Notes under the pieces: model-generated
What the model saw: only the letters and a program-made list of their open reading frames with translations
Database searches by the model: none
Told to the model about the DNA's origin: nothing
Source of the DNA: a virus
Strand: one strand, 5' to 3'
Length of the DNA: 40,445 nucleotides
IMG/VR virus record: IMGVR_UViG_3300037882_000671
Span: 1 to 40,445 of that record
Made by a program: the position numbers and the translations under genes
Shown: in pieces, positions 15,366 to 24,607 of the stretch
Layout: each line of letters starts with the position of its first letter
Position numbering within the stretch: position 1 is the stretch's first letter

Positions 15366-16564
15366 TAGGCAGCCTCCATTCTAAGGCCAAGCATTTCGTA
15401 ATTTACGCGCATCTTTCCTGCTAGATGGCTTATCGCTTCAGGGAATTTCTCATGCACTTCTTGCGCCATTACGCCGCGATAGCGCCTGTCATCATTCTTA
15501 TAATTGAACTCATAAATTCCGAGGCCGTTTTTCTCACCAACCTTCTCGATATTTTCTTTCATCGTTTCATCGGAAAAGAGACTTGCTCCGGCAGCAAACA
15601 AGCCAGCCTGTCCAGCATCGCCCTGCAACAATCCGGTTGTGCCACCACGTTCTGTTTGCGTTTGCCCACCACCCACCAACGGCAACAACGTGGTGCCATA
15701 AAGCTGCTGCAATAGCTGTAAGCCCTGCTGCGGCATTTCACGCTGCAATTGACCGGCCATGAGTGTATCCAGATTGCTTTGACGGCTTAAATTGCCCATA
15801 AGTTCGCGCCCCTGTAAGTATCCGGTGCCAAGCTGATTTAATACGCTTGCGCCCTGATTGGCGGTTCCAGCAAGATTCCCGTACACGCCAGCCGTGCTGC
15901 CTGCGGTATTTCCGGCTTGCAGATAGCGGTTGCGCTCGTCGGTAAGGGCCTGCAATGCTTTCTGTGCGGAGCTTTCAAAGCCCTGTGAACGAAGCTGTCC
16001 TGATACGTCACCAACGGTGCGCTGCGTATTGCGGCCAAGCTCTGATTCCAGCAATGATTGGCGTGTACCGCCGAATGCACCTGCCGTAGAAGCAAGCGAG
16101 GCAATATCACTCCCCTGACGCGCTGATTCATCCCGAATATCACGAACCGCCGAATCTACCACCTGGCCAGTAAACGGGTTCATAAACATATTCAGGCTGT
16201 TTTCGTATTCGCCTGAGCTAATAGGATTTGTGCCTTTACCAAGATACATATTGGAGAGGTCTATCTGCTGACCACCCCTATCAAGGAAGCTATTGGCATA
16301 GCTCACTTGTGGCTGTACTGCGCCAAACGCGGCATCCGCCTTTTGCCCGAAGTTAAAATTAGGCATGAATTGCCGCGATAGATTGCTTAATGCAGCATTC
16401 TCTGGCTGCGAATATGGCGCTATATTAGAGGAAAGATTTTGACCCTGGGACCACAAGCTTGTTAGCGCATCCTGCGCTTGTTGTGGCAGAGTTTCCCACC
16501 CGGTAGGTGTGGTTGAACTGCTCTTAGCCTGCTTGCCAAGAATCGTATCTTTAATGAAAGACAT
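15365..16564 (-). CDS. Virion protein with C-terminal peptidase-S74 intramolecular chaperone auto-processing domain, 399 aa
   Basis: C-terminal SDETMKENIEKVGEKNGLGIYEFNYKNDD..YRGVMAQEVHEKFPEAI matches the SD..K.NI...Y.F.Y....G.IAQEV..P pattern. Confidence 0.85.
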   Translation of the reverse strand: MSFIKDTILGKQAKSSSTTPTGWETLPQQAQDALTSLWSQGQNLSSNIAPYSQPENAALSNLSRQFMPNFNFGQKADAAFGAVQPQVSYANSFLDRGGQQIDLSNMYLGKGTNPISSGEYENSLNMFMNPFTGQVVDSAVRDIRDESARQGSDIASLASTAGAFGGTRQSLLESELGRNTQRTVGDVSGQLRSQGFESSAQKALQALTDERNRYLQAGNTAGSTAGVYGNLAGTANQGASVLNQLGTGYLQGRELMGNLSRQSNLDTLMAGQLQREMPQQGLQLLQQLYGTTLLPLVGGGQTQTERGGTTGLLQGDAGQAGLFAAGASLFSDETMKENIEKVGEKNGLGIYEFNYKNDDRRYRGVMAQEVHEKFPEAISHLAGKMRVNYEMLGLRMEAA

Positions 16565-16977
16565 CAGTGCAACTCCTTACGAACCAACGACAATCCTTGC
16601 TGAATATTCTCGAATCCATTTTCAGCCGCACGCTTGCGGAGCTTTTGGAAGCGAGGTATTGCAAGGACTTGAGTGAACCCCAAACCCCTCGCAACTACAC
16701 ATGCAGATTCAATCAATACGTCGATTGCCGCATTGCGCCGTTGCTTCTCAGCCTGCGAATCTGAAATAAAGTTTTCCAGAAAACACAGGCAGGAGTCGGT
16801 GCTATACAGCCAGCAGGCGGCTATATAACCCTGTCCATCTCTTATCATCACGCCGTTGGTTGATAAGAATGCTTCCGGCACTGTAACATATTTATGCTGC
16901 AAACTCCAGCCATCAATGATGCCTCGATGTTTTTCTTTCTGGTATTTCTCAACTATGAACTCGATATGATTCGCCAT
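16564..16977 (-). CDS. GNAT-like putative acetyltransferase, 137 aa (function tentative)
   Basis: Size and pattern: hydrophobic beta strands (YIAACWLY, CLCFLENFI), then helix ..RRNAAIDVLIESACVVARGLGF.., then ..ENGFE.. near the C-terminus. GGAG SD. Confidence 0.55.
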   Translation of the reverse strand: MANHIEFIVEKYQKEKHRGIIDGWSLQHKYVTVPEAFLSTNGVMIRDGQGYIAACWLYSTDSCLCFLENFISDSQAEKQRRNAAIDVLIESACVVARGLGFTQVLAIPRFQKLRKRAAENGFENIQQGLSLVRKELH

Positions 16978-17381
16978 TCGTTAGCTCCCCCTATGAAGCG
17001 GTATGTTTTGCAAAGATATTGCGTGCCAATAGCGTCGGTCGCAGCGCCGTTAATATTATAATCACCGCCATCGACCGTCACGGCGTTGCCGCTAGCATCG
17101 TTCTTGCATACAGTATGCGTCTGCCCATCAATCGGAGTGGGCGTAAACGTAACCGTGCGTGCGCCACCGGTGGCATTTACATCGATAGTGACATCACCCC
17201 TTCCGGGAAGATAACTCACACTGGTTGATACTGTGGTTTTAGCATCGCCGGTGGTATAGGACGCAGCCTTCCTCAGACTCTCAAATTCTGAAACAAATTC
17301 ATCGTTCCATATTTCACAGATGCGATTCAAGCGCTGTTCAGTAGATAAAACGCCATCATTCTTTGGAAAATCATCTGGCAT
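16953..17381 (-). CDS. Hypothetical virion-module protein, 142 aa
   Basis: ATG overlaps the upstream stop. Beta-rich Thr/Gly/Asp composition. Confidence 0.7.
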   Translation of the reverse strand: MPDDFPKNDGVLSTEQRLNRICEIWNDEFVSEFESLRKAASYTTGDAKTTVSTSVSYLPGRGDVTIDVNATGGARTVTFTPTPIDGQTHTVCKNDASGNAVTVDGGDYNINGAATDAIGTQYLCKTYRFIGGANEWRIISSS

Positions 17382-19432
17382 TATCGCGGCTCCCCTTGTT
17401 TAATAGGCTCAATCCATGAGCCACTTACCCAATCGCCGTCGAGCACCTCATGCACAAGCTCGTACTGCCAGTTACGGGCATCAACCAAAAAGCCTGCATA
17501 TTCCGTAGTTGGTGTAATAGTGCGATCCACTTCCTGCACCGCCGTTCCCTGCGGCCACTGTTTCGAGCGTATGGTTAGCTCTATATCTCCCGTTTGGATG
17601 CTATCTGGTATGATGGAGCCAACCTGAGTATGGCTGCTACCCCGCTGGAAGTACTTACTTCTGAGCACCATCCGCATTGCCTGCCCATCATCATTCACCC
17701 CCACTTCATGACGATAAAGCGTGCCGTTAGAGCTAGCCAGAATAGGGAACTGTTGCAGATAATTCTGTACCGCCATTGTGCGATCCATAACATCCGGCCA
17801 CCACACATACTCATCGAGCGATACTCGAATCATGCGGTCAATTTCCATGGATTCGCCCGACGGATAATGAATCCATATCTCATTGAATTTTCGGTTATGC
17901 CAAGCAAATATCTTGGCCTTCTGCGTATAATTTAGATCATCAAATACATAGCGCAGTAACGTGCATTGCTTAGTGGAATTGGAGGGTACAACACTTACAA
18001 CACCACCTGCATAAACAAAGATGTTCTGGTTGCCCATCCAGATAGCAACGCCGCCATGTACCGCAACCGCATTCTGGGAAATAATACCCTCTGCGTCGTC
18101 CACTTGTTTTACATCCCAGATTAGCGGCGCTCCGATATAGCGCATGGTATAAAGTTGGGCATTCGTCCAGAGCAGGTTTACCCCCCCGCGTACCGTAGCA
18201 TCAGCAATAAACGCATTAGCGCCCTCAATGTCGTCCTCTCCTGCCTGATTCTGGGGGGTTGCCGTCCATATCGTTTGATTGCCCTGGTCGCTCCACTTCA
18301 ACCTGTTGCCAACATTTCCTGATCCATATGTCACCACGATATTATTTGAAACAAAGAACCCGTTAATTGCGGTAGGAGCATTCGTCACCAAGGTAGGAGC
18401 AACGAGATTCGCCCCCAGCCATTGGTATAATCCCGTTTGCTGCCCAGGTGACATCAGCGGATTATTGCCGAACCTATCAAACTGCCATACGCGTGGTTGA
18501 AATATCAAGGAACTGCTAGTCTTGGCAGTTCCATACTCCCCTACCCCATACTGCCCCATGCCATAACCAACGCCACTAGAGGCGTCAGCCTCACCTGCGG
18601 CAATTGGGGGATAATATACTGTGGATGCGCCACCCGCAGCGGTTACACTCGATGTAGCAATGGTTGCTGTTACAAAATCGAAGGTATTGGTCTGAACATT
18701 TCTTATAATGTGCTCAATATTGATAGCAGCGGCTAGAATGCCGCCCGTATTAGCAGCGCCATCCACAAACACCCTATCTCCCTCACCAAGCCCATGCGCG
18801 GCCTTGGTAAGCGTAATAATAGGGGTCGCAAGAACTACTGACGCACCACCACCTGATCCGCTACTCGTTGCCGCCGTAGAAACCCGTATGGTAAACGCAT
18901 TTGTGGTTTGCGTTCGCACGATATGGCTGGCATTCAATTCTGTATCAGGAATACCGTTTAATGCGCCGGGGAAGCCGGAAAGTGTAATCACATCGCCCGC
19001 CCTAACCTTAGTCGCGGTATTCGCTATCGTCACAGTCGCGCTGGTATTAACCGTTGTTGCCGGATTATTCGCAAGCGTAACATAGGTAGTTGCCAAGCTA
19101 TTGGCAGCAGCAGTGGAGGAGGTGGTAACAGGCGTGATATTGGTGAGAAGTGAGCCAACTAAAGAATAAAGGCGCGTATGCGTACCTATAAGCGTCCACA
19201 GGTTGTTGCCCATCTGGATGTTGTAGCCTGCACGCGGAACGCCTGAAATCGTTGCGCCGTTGGTGAATACGTAGCTCTGCCACCCGCCAAGCTTACGGAG
19301 TGTATCGCCATCAGATCGCACCTTTTCAGCATAGACCCAATGGGGGCTAGCAAGTTCCGTAGTGTCAGGTGGCCCTTTGACCCCGGGTAATATCGCAATG
19401 GGTGAAAATTCAAACTCTGGTTTACCTGCCAT
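17381..19432 (-). CDS. Large tail structural protein, 683 aa (possibly the tail tubular/nozzle protein)
   Basis: Size and position in the tail block only. No diagnostic motif recognised. Confidence 0.8.
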   Translation of the reverse strand: MAGKPEFEFSPIAILPGVKGPPDTTELASPHWVYAEKVRSDGDTLRKLGGWQSYVFTNGATISGVPRAGYNIQMGNNLWTLIGTHTRLYSLVGSLLTNITPVTTSSTAAANSLATTYVTLANNPATTVNTSATVTIANTATKVRAGDVITLSGFPGALNGIPDTELNASHIVRTQTTNAFTIRVSTAATSSGSGGGASVVLATPIITLTKAAHGLGEGDRVFVDGAANTGGILAAAINIEHIIRNVQTNTFDFVTATIATSSVTAAGGASTVYYPPIAAGEADASSGVGYGMGQYGVGEYGTAKTSSSLIFQPRVWQFDRFGNNPLMSPGQQTGLYQWLGANLVAPTLVTNAPTAINGFFVSNNIVVTYGSGNVGNRLKWSDQGNQTIWTATPQNQAGEDDIEGANAFIADATVRGGVNLLWTNAQLYTMRYIGAPLIWDVKQVDDAEGIISQNAVAVHGGVAIWMGNQNIFVYAGGVVSVVPSNSTKQCTLLRYVFDDLNYTQKAKIFAWHNRKFNEIWIHYPSGESMEIDRMIRVSLDEYVWWPDVMDRTMAVQNYLQQFPILASSNGTLYRHEVGVNDDGQAMRMVLRSKYFQRGSSHTQVGSIIPDSIQTGDIELTIRSKQWPQGTAVQEVDRTITPTTEYAGFLVDARNWQYELVHEVLDGDWVSGSWIEPIKQGEPR

Positions 19433-19435
19433 GAG

Positions 19436-20359
19436 TTATCTCCATGCCGCATAAATGTAAGTATTAGCACTGGCATTGGTCATCGCAGTTGAATTAGTTA
19501 AACTGATTCCCGTAGCGGACAATGAACCTATCAAACCTAGGCTGGTTTCATTATCTGCGGTATTGGCACGGAAATATTTGCCGTTGCTTTGCATCATCAT
19601 GCGGTCTTCGCCGCCGGTAGTATTTAGGATGATTGCCAACGTAGCCTGATAACCAAGCGTGATTGTTTGCGACGTACCATTTCCGGTATATCCACCGAAA
19701 GATGCATTACCAGAAGAGGCTGCGAAAACATATGCTACATAGGTTTCGCTGTTTTTATTGACGTTATCATTCGTTCCAACCGAAAACACCGATGACGTAG
19801 GTTGCGTGTCATTCCAGTAAGTATTGTCATCCGATGTACCAGAGGTATTGTTTAAAAACAGATATTCTGTTTCCGGATTGGCAGTGTTCGATGAGTGATA
19901 AACGGCCCAACTTGAGGGTTCAAGACTGATACTTTTAACGATAATCATCGCCGGAGTTGCGGCCAGATTATGTGATATTGTCCGGTTACTGCCGTTACCC
20001 GTATAGGTAACAATATCCATATATGTTGGGGTTTCCTTCCATGCGAAGGAATTAAAACTAACGCCGGAGTCATTGCATCCTGAACTGCTTCCCAGCGTAA
20101 AGCCGGTTGCATCAAAGCTGGTAACGCCAGAAATGCTTCCCTCTGATGCGGTGCTGTTAACAATCAGGTTCTTGTTGATTCCACGCACTGAGTCAAAAAT
20201 CTGATGGCTCTTGTTTCCGTCTGCGCCCTTAATCCATATCAGACCGCTTTGCAAGCCGGTGGTTACACTCTTGGTAGATGAGTTTCCGCTATAAACAGTG
20301 CGTGCAAAATTTAGCGCAATGCCTCCGCTCGATGCTGCTCCGAAGATTCCAGCGGTCAT
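19436..20359 (-). CDS. Tail-fibre-like / receptor-binding-like protein, 307 aa (paralogue of 9774..10787)
   Basis: DIVTYTGNG, YWNDTQPTSSVFSVGT, TYVAYVFAA, YTGNG, C-terminal YIYAAWR. Confidence 0.8.
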   Translation of the reverse strand: MTAGIFGAASSGGIALNFARTVYSGNSSTKSVTTGLQSGLIWIKGADGNKSHQIFDSVRGINKNLIVNSTASEGSISGVTSFDATGFTLGSSSGCNDSGVSFNSFAWKETPTYMDIVTYTGNGSNRTISHNLAATPAMIIVKSISLEPSSWAVYHSSNTANPETEYLFLNNTSGTSDDNTYWNDTQPTSSVFSVGTNDNVNKNSETYVAYVFAASSGNASFGGYTGNGTSQTITLGYQATLAIILNTTGGEDRMMMQSNGKYFRANTADNETSLGLIGSLSATGISLTNSTAMTNASANTYIYAAWR

Positions 20360-20360
20360 A

Positions 20361-20885
20361 TTACAACCCCGTGAAGTTCTGGCCTACTATCGAACCTGCC
20401 CATGTCGTGCCGCCATCGATGGTTTGCAACACAAATATATCCGTGCGGGACGCAGTTGCTGTTACCGTTGGAGTAGTACCGCCAGCCCATTTAACAGCAG
20501 CGGGCCAAGCAAACGTCCAGCTTCCTGTTCCATCCTGCTTAACCCATAGCTCCACTGCACATAACGTCCCTGTGGCAGTTGGATTGCTGATGGTGAGGGT
20601 GGTGACGTTCTCAGTTAGCGTGACGGTGAAGTGATTTCCGTTGGTAATATCCAGCGTGAGTACGTTTGCGGCACTAGAGGGTGCAGTTTTAATCTCACCA
20701 TAATCCTTCAGCTTCGGGCGCGATAACGTATAATCGGCGAAGTTCAAATCATAAGCGCGAGTGGTGGTTTGCGTATCAGCAATATTGAAATTGCTATTAA
20801 GAATCCCACCCCATAAATCTTCATCGACCGGGCTTGCCACTTCGGGATTGGAGAATATACCATTAGGCGTTGACGGCGTTGCCAT
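20361..20885 (-). CDS. Hypothetical virion-module protein, 174 aa
   Basis: Internal ATG (MATPSTPNG) with GAGG SD. Motif WVKQDGTGSWTFAWPAAVKWAGGTTPT. Confidence 0.75.
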   Translation of the reverse strand: MATPSTPNGIFSNPEVASPVDEDLWGGILNSNFNIADTQTTTRAYDLNFADYTLSRPKLKDYGEIKTAPSSAANVLTLDITNGNHFTVTLTENVTTLTISNPTATGTLCAVELWVKQDGTGSWTFAWPAAVKWAGGTTPTVTATASRTDIFVLQTIDGGTTWAGSIVGQNFTGL

Positions 20886-21126
20886 TGTCCTCAATCCACT
20901 TCTTTGCAAAACGGGTTACAACACGGGCGGCGTAGGTAGCTAGCTGGTTCTCAGGCAAAATATATGGTGGAACAAAATAGCGGATGAAACCGTAAGGCTT
21001 CACCTCGCCATCTTGCTCTATAAAGAGACGGTCATCATCCGGCTTGAAAAGAAACCGCTTTGATTTCTCTTTCTCCCGGAACGCAACGATCTCTTTATAT
21101 GGCCATTCGGACATTAGGTTATCCAC
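20863..21126 (-). CDS. Hypothetical protein, 87 aa (GTG 21126 or ATG 21114)
   Basis: Starts immediately after the upstream TAA. Confidence 0.6.
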   Translation of the reverse strand: MDNLMSEWPYKEIVAFREKEKSKRFLFKPDDDRLFIEQDGEVKPYGFIRYFVPPYILPENQLATYAARVVTRFAKKWIEDNGNAVNA

Positions 21127-22041
21127 TTATGCCGTTGGCTTCACAATCAGCCAGTTCACCACCGAATCATCCTGTGCGTCCGTAGAGTTGATAGTAAAAC
21201 TAACTCCGTTGCTGATGGTGTAGCTTAAATGGCCAAATTCAGCACTGGTTCCAGAAACGCGCTGGATGAAGATACGATCACCGGTCGCAACCGAAGTATT
21301 CGCAACTGCAATCGTGCCACCAGAAAGCGTAGAGGTTCCCATACGGGCATTCGAACCTTCTTTAATCTGAAGTCCGGAACCAGCCGTATTGGTGGCAATA
21401 TTTCCAGTGGCAGTCAGCGCCCCTGTAACGGTTGTTGCACCCGTAACGCCTACCGTTGCTGCATTGGCAAGCAGTGCATCAGTTCCCGCGTCATATGCAA
21501 GCCAGTTACCCGAAGTAAGTTTCTTAGCGGTAAAGTCGTTATCCGTAGCGCCGTTATTAAGAATAATCGCACCCGTAGCTTGAGTAAGCGCCCCCGTTAC
21601 TACAGTGGCGCCAGTTACGGTAGTTGCGCCGGTAATGCCAACTGTAGTTGAATCAAGGGCAAGAGAGGCAGCCCCGGCATCGTAAGCTATGGCGTTACCA
21701 GAAGTAAGTTTCTTAACCGTGAAATCAGCGTCAAGGGACGTGCTATTAAATACGTTCGCGCCCGCGCCCGTTTGGGTAATGGGGCCAATTGCCAATGCAC
21801 CCGTAGTATCTGCAATCGTGGCGGCGCTATTCTGGATGAGCTTTCCAGTTGTTCCGTCAAACCTTGCAATGGCGTTATCGGTTGCAGATGCCGGACCGTC
21901 AACCGCACTAGCGCCGGATGCAATCTGGTCGGGAGTAACGGTTTTAAGCTCACCACTCTGAAAGATTGGAATCCGACCAGTAGTAGAGGCCGATGCGGCC
22001 GCTTCTAATCTACCAATATCGCCTTGTAAAGAACCGCTCAT
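21127..22041 (-). CDS. Tail fibre protein, 304 aa, with an internal ~63-aa duplication
   Basis: DNAIARFDGTTGKLIQNS motif is common in phage fibres. DADFTVKKLTSGNAIAYDAG... is repeated as DNDFTAKKLTSGNWLAYDAG... Confidence 0.85.
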   Translation of the reverse strand: MSGSLQGDIGRLEAAASASTTGRIPIFQSGELKTVTPDQIASGASAVDGPASATDNAIARFDGTTGKLIQNSAATIADTTGALAIGPITQTGAGANVFNSTSLDADFTVKKLTSGNAIAYDAGAASLALDSTTVGITGATTVTGATVVTGALTQATGAIILNNGATDNDFTAKKLTSGNWLAYDAGTDALLANAATVGVTGATTVTGALTATGNIATNTAGSGLQIKEGSNARMGTSTLSGGTIAVANTSVATGDRIFIQRVSGTSAEFGHLSYTISNGVSFTINSTDAQDDSVVNWLIVKPTA

Positions 22042-22052
22042 AATAATCTCCT

Positions 22053-22736
22053 TTAGTTGTTCCAGTTAAGATTCTGTTCGTTGTAATTATTCATGAGGAG
22101 CGATGAGGTCATCAACTGGCCTGTGGCACTACGCATGTTGTTTTGTATTTGCAGGTTTCGTAATTCTTGCTGCTCTTTGCGATTATATGCCTCATGCAAA
22201 CTATCCGGCCCCTGGCTATGCCGCGCATCCAGATAAAGTTCCGCGAGCGCGTGGGCTTCGATCAGGGCAGCAGCCTCAACCGTGAAATCATTGAAGTCTG
22301 CATCATCAACCAGCGCCGCGTAACCCTTCACATACGTCACCTGATAGGGATAGGCCATGTCAGGGATGAAATAAACGTAGGTGGAAGTGCCGCGCTGCGT
22401 GTAAATCTCTGGGCGTCCCGTTGCCTGCGCGTTCTGATAGTCGTAAACCTCGTTAGAAACTTTACCCAGAATGTAGGTGATGTTCCCATAGGTCAGGGAT
22501 ATTTCTATCGCGTACAGGTAATTCGATGGCATCGTGAGCAATGCGTCATTAACCGTCATTACTCCGCTAACATCGTAATCCGTATTGAACCAGAATTGAT
22601 AGCGCTGATAGTATTCTATCGCGTCATTAATCGCTTGTCCGATACGAGAGACGGGAGCCTCGGACGTGTCCTCATTAAGATAGTCCTGCGCTATCTTCTG
22701 TTTGATACGCGTCCGAAGCTGCCCAAATGTTGCCAT
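22053..22736 (-). CDS. Virion structural protein, 227 aa (possible head-tail adaptor; position only)
   Basis: Clean ORF two genes downstream of the capsid gene. Confidence 0.75.
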   Translation of the reverse strand: MATFGQLRTRIKQKIAQDYLNEDTSEAPVSRIGQAINDAIEYYQRYQFWFNTDYDVSGVMTVNDALLTMPSNYLYAIEISLTYGNITYILGKVSNEVYDYQNAQATGRPEIYTQRGTSTYVYFIPDMAYPYQVTYVKGYAALVDDADFNDFTVEAAALIEAHALAELYLDARHSQGPDSLHEAYNRKEQQELRNLQIQNNMRSATGQLMTSSLLMNNYNEQNLNWNN

Positions 22737-22762
22737 ATGATTAATAACCAGCGGCGTTCCGG

Positions 22763-23227
22763 TTATTCGCCATTGTAGGAAACAAGAACGTTAGCTTTCA
22801 TCGTACCGGCAATATCCGTAGCGGCGGCAGTAATTACTCCCACCAAATACCCTTTGCCAGTAGTGACGTAAGACATACCATCAAGGTCATTGAAGGATGC
22901 AACGCCACCAGTTTGTGGCACAGTGCTGCCGTCAACGAACAGGTCAAGCGCATCAGCGCCCTCCACTGTATCAGCGTAGGCCACGCCTACATCCAGGGTG
23001 GTAGTAGAACCTGCCGTTACGTCTGTGGTAGATACAGCCGAACCATAATGAAAGACTGCACCCGCATTGAACGGAACCAGCCCAACAATGGTGTTCTGTG
23101 CTGTATCATCAACTAACGTAGCAACCGCAATTTGACCACTAATTGCTCCGGTACGAAGACCGGGTGCGTTAGCAAAATCATTTGCGTTGCCTTGAAGGCC
23201 GTCTGCAAAAACTGTTGGTAAAACCAT
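22763..23227 (-). CDS. Capsid-associated protein, 154 aa (possible decoration protein; position only)
   Basis: AAGGAG SD. Immediately downstream of the major capsid gene. Confidence 0.8.
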   Translation of the reverse strand: MVLPTVFADGLQGNANDFANAPGLRTGAISGQIAVATLVDDTAQNTIVGLVPFNAGAVFHYGSAVSTTDVTAGSTTTLDVGVAYADTVEGADALDLFVDGSTVPQTGGVASFNDLDGMSYVTTGKGYLVGVITAAATDIAGTMKANVLVSYNGE

Positions 23228-23239
23228 GATAGATTCTCC

Positions 23240-24358
23240 TTATGCTGCGTAATGTGGAAGAGTGATGATTGCGGCATCGGTAACACCCGAACCCGGATTA
23301 AACAGGTTCTTCACCATGCCATCCAGAGAGGTGATACTCATGCCCTTGTAGCGGCCATAGTCCTGCAACTCGGCAGACATCTTGAAGGGAACATTACCCT
23401 GTTTGATGTTGCCATAGTGCGAGCCGTAATAGACCGCATCAGCACCACACAGAACCGGGCGCTCAACGGTGTTGATTACACTATCATCCGCACTCGACAC
23501 ACCTTTAGCGATACGATGACCGATAAAAATACGAATGTTACGGTAAATAGCGATTGGCTTCTTATACTCAGTAGAGTAACCACCGCTCTTAAATGGGCTT
23601 TCTTTCCCGCTTTGTGTCTCGGCAATTTCAATCTGATAAAGCTGGTTCGGGCTGCTGGAATCTTCCAGAAGCTGCGTATAGCCTTTCATGCTGCAATAGA
23701 AATCAAGCCACCCGCCCGGAAGCGTCTGGATGATAGGCTGCGTGGTATCAGCAATCTCGACGGCTTCGTTCAGCATCGAAAGTGTCAGCGTGTCCGAAGA
23801 TGTGATCGATTGGTCGTTAGCTACACCACCTGCACGAACTGTACGGTTAGAGGCCGGAGCCGTTACCGTATTGAAGCCCGTTACAAATGCGCGGTTGGTG
23901 CCGGAATAAACCGTGGTATCTACCGTGATTGAGGTAGGGTATGCACCCGCTGCCTGTTGGAAGAATGAAGCATCGTGGCGGCTCATCACCCAGCCCGGAA
24001 GCAATTTAGCTGCCGTTTCCTCGAAAGGAATGTTAGAAGACCAGTATTGTGACTTGAGCGTGGTTGGGTTCAACACAGCATGGCAGAGTTCATTAATTGC
24101 CATGGTCTGGTTGGTATCAACGATAGCTTCTTCGTTGCCAATCAGCGATGTATCAGAACCCGTACCGATTCCGGTCAGGATTTTGGTTTTATAGATGCTG
24201 ATCTGGTTGCCCTTGTCCTGGCCGTTCAAAGAATCGGATTGAACAAGAGTGCCGACGCTATGTGCGTGGCCGAATTGAGAAGACTTGTAGGAATCCGCAA
24301 ATCCCTGCTTCTCGTATATAGTAATCTGGTTGGCGGTAATTGGGTTGGAGGCTGACAT
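23240..24358 (-). CDS. Major capsid protein, 372 aa (N4-gp56/DUF4043-like by memory)
   Basis: Position after portal and scaffold; size; N-terminal MSASNPITANQITIYEKQGF pattern. Confidence 0.85.
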   Translation of the reverse strand: MSASNPITANQITIYEKQGFADSYKSSQFGHAHSVGTLVQSDSLNGQDKGNQISIYKTKILTGIGTGSDTSLIGNEEAIVDTNQTMAINELCHAVLNPTTLKSQYWSSNIPFEETAAKLLPGWVMSRHDASFFQQAAGAYPTSITVDTTVYSGTNRAFVTGFNTVTAPASNRTVRAGGVANDQSITSSDTLTLSMLNEAVEIADTTQPIIQTLPGGWLDFYCSMKGYTQLLEDSSSPNQLYQIEIAETQSGKESPFKSGGYSTEYKKPIAIYRNIRIFIGHRIAKGVSSADDSVINTVERPVLCGADAVYYGSHYGNIKQGNVPFKMSAELQDYGRYKGMSITSLDGMVKNLFNPGSGVTDAAIITLPHYAA

Positions 24359-24607
24359 GACAGTACCTGTTTTTGTTAGTTGACAAATTGTGTGAACTAA
24401 CTATCCGGTCTGCCCAATAAAGCTTGGGTGGGGGCACTGTCGTTTTAAGCCCAACGTAAGGCACTGCTTCTTTTAAGTGTGGCGTAAAACACTTTTTGGA
24501 TAGCGCGACAATATCTCTACTCGCTTTAATAATGCTGTGCGGTGCAGCGCGAGATATTGCCTAATGGCGCTAATAATAACAGACTATTGAGGGGAGTGCA
24601 ACACTAT

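Noticed and set aside
18181-18187. C7 tract (G7 on the coding strand) inside the 683-aa tail gene, along with G6 runs at 14106-14111, 18254-18259 and 34559-34564.
   Set aside because: They are in frame with no disruption, or form an SD (34559). They are shorter than the tracts flagged in the findings, and there is no evidence of functional relevance.
9774-20359. Diversity-generating retroelement (template/variable repeat) between the paralogous fibre-like genes.
   Set aside because: - No reverse transcriptase ORF is present anywhere in the window.
- The paralogues are diverged throughout at the nucleotide level, rather than sharing a near-identical repeat with A-specific differences.
22167-23932. 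Long + ORFs 22167..22778 (203 aa) and 23252..23932 (226 aa).
   Set aside because: They are antisense to well-supported structural genes, including the major capsid gene. They are Arg/Ile/Cys-rich and lack SD motifs.
24475-24498. Hairpin AAGTGT-N8-ACACTT followed by TTTTT, as a rho-independent terminator on the + strand.
   Set aside because: The T-run is on the + strand, but all surrounding transcription is on the - strand. The stem is short and A+T-rich. I treat it only as part of the structured capsid leader.
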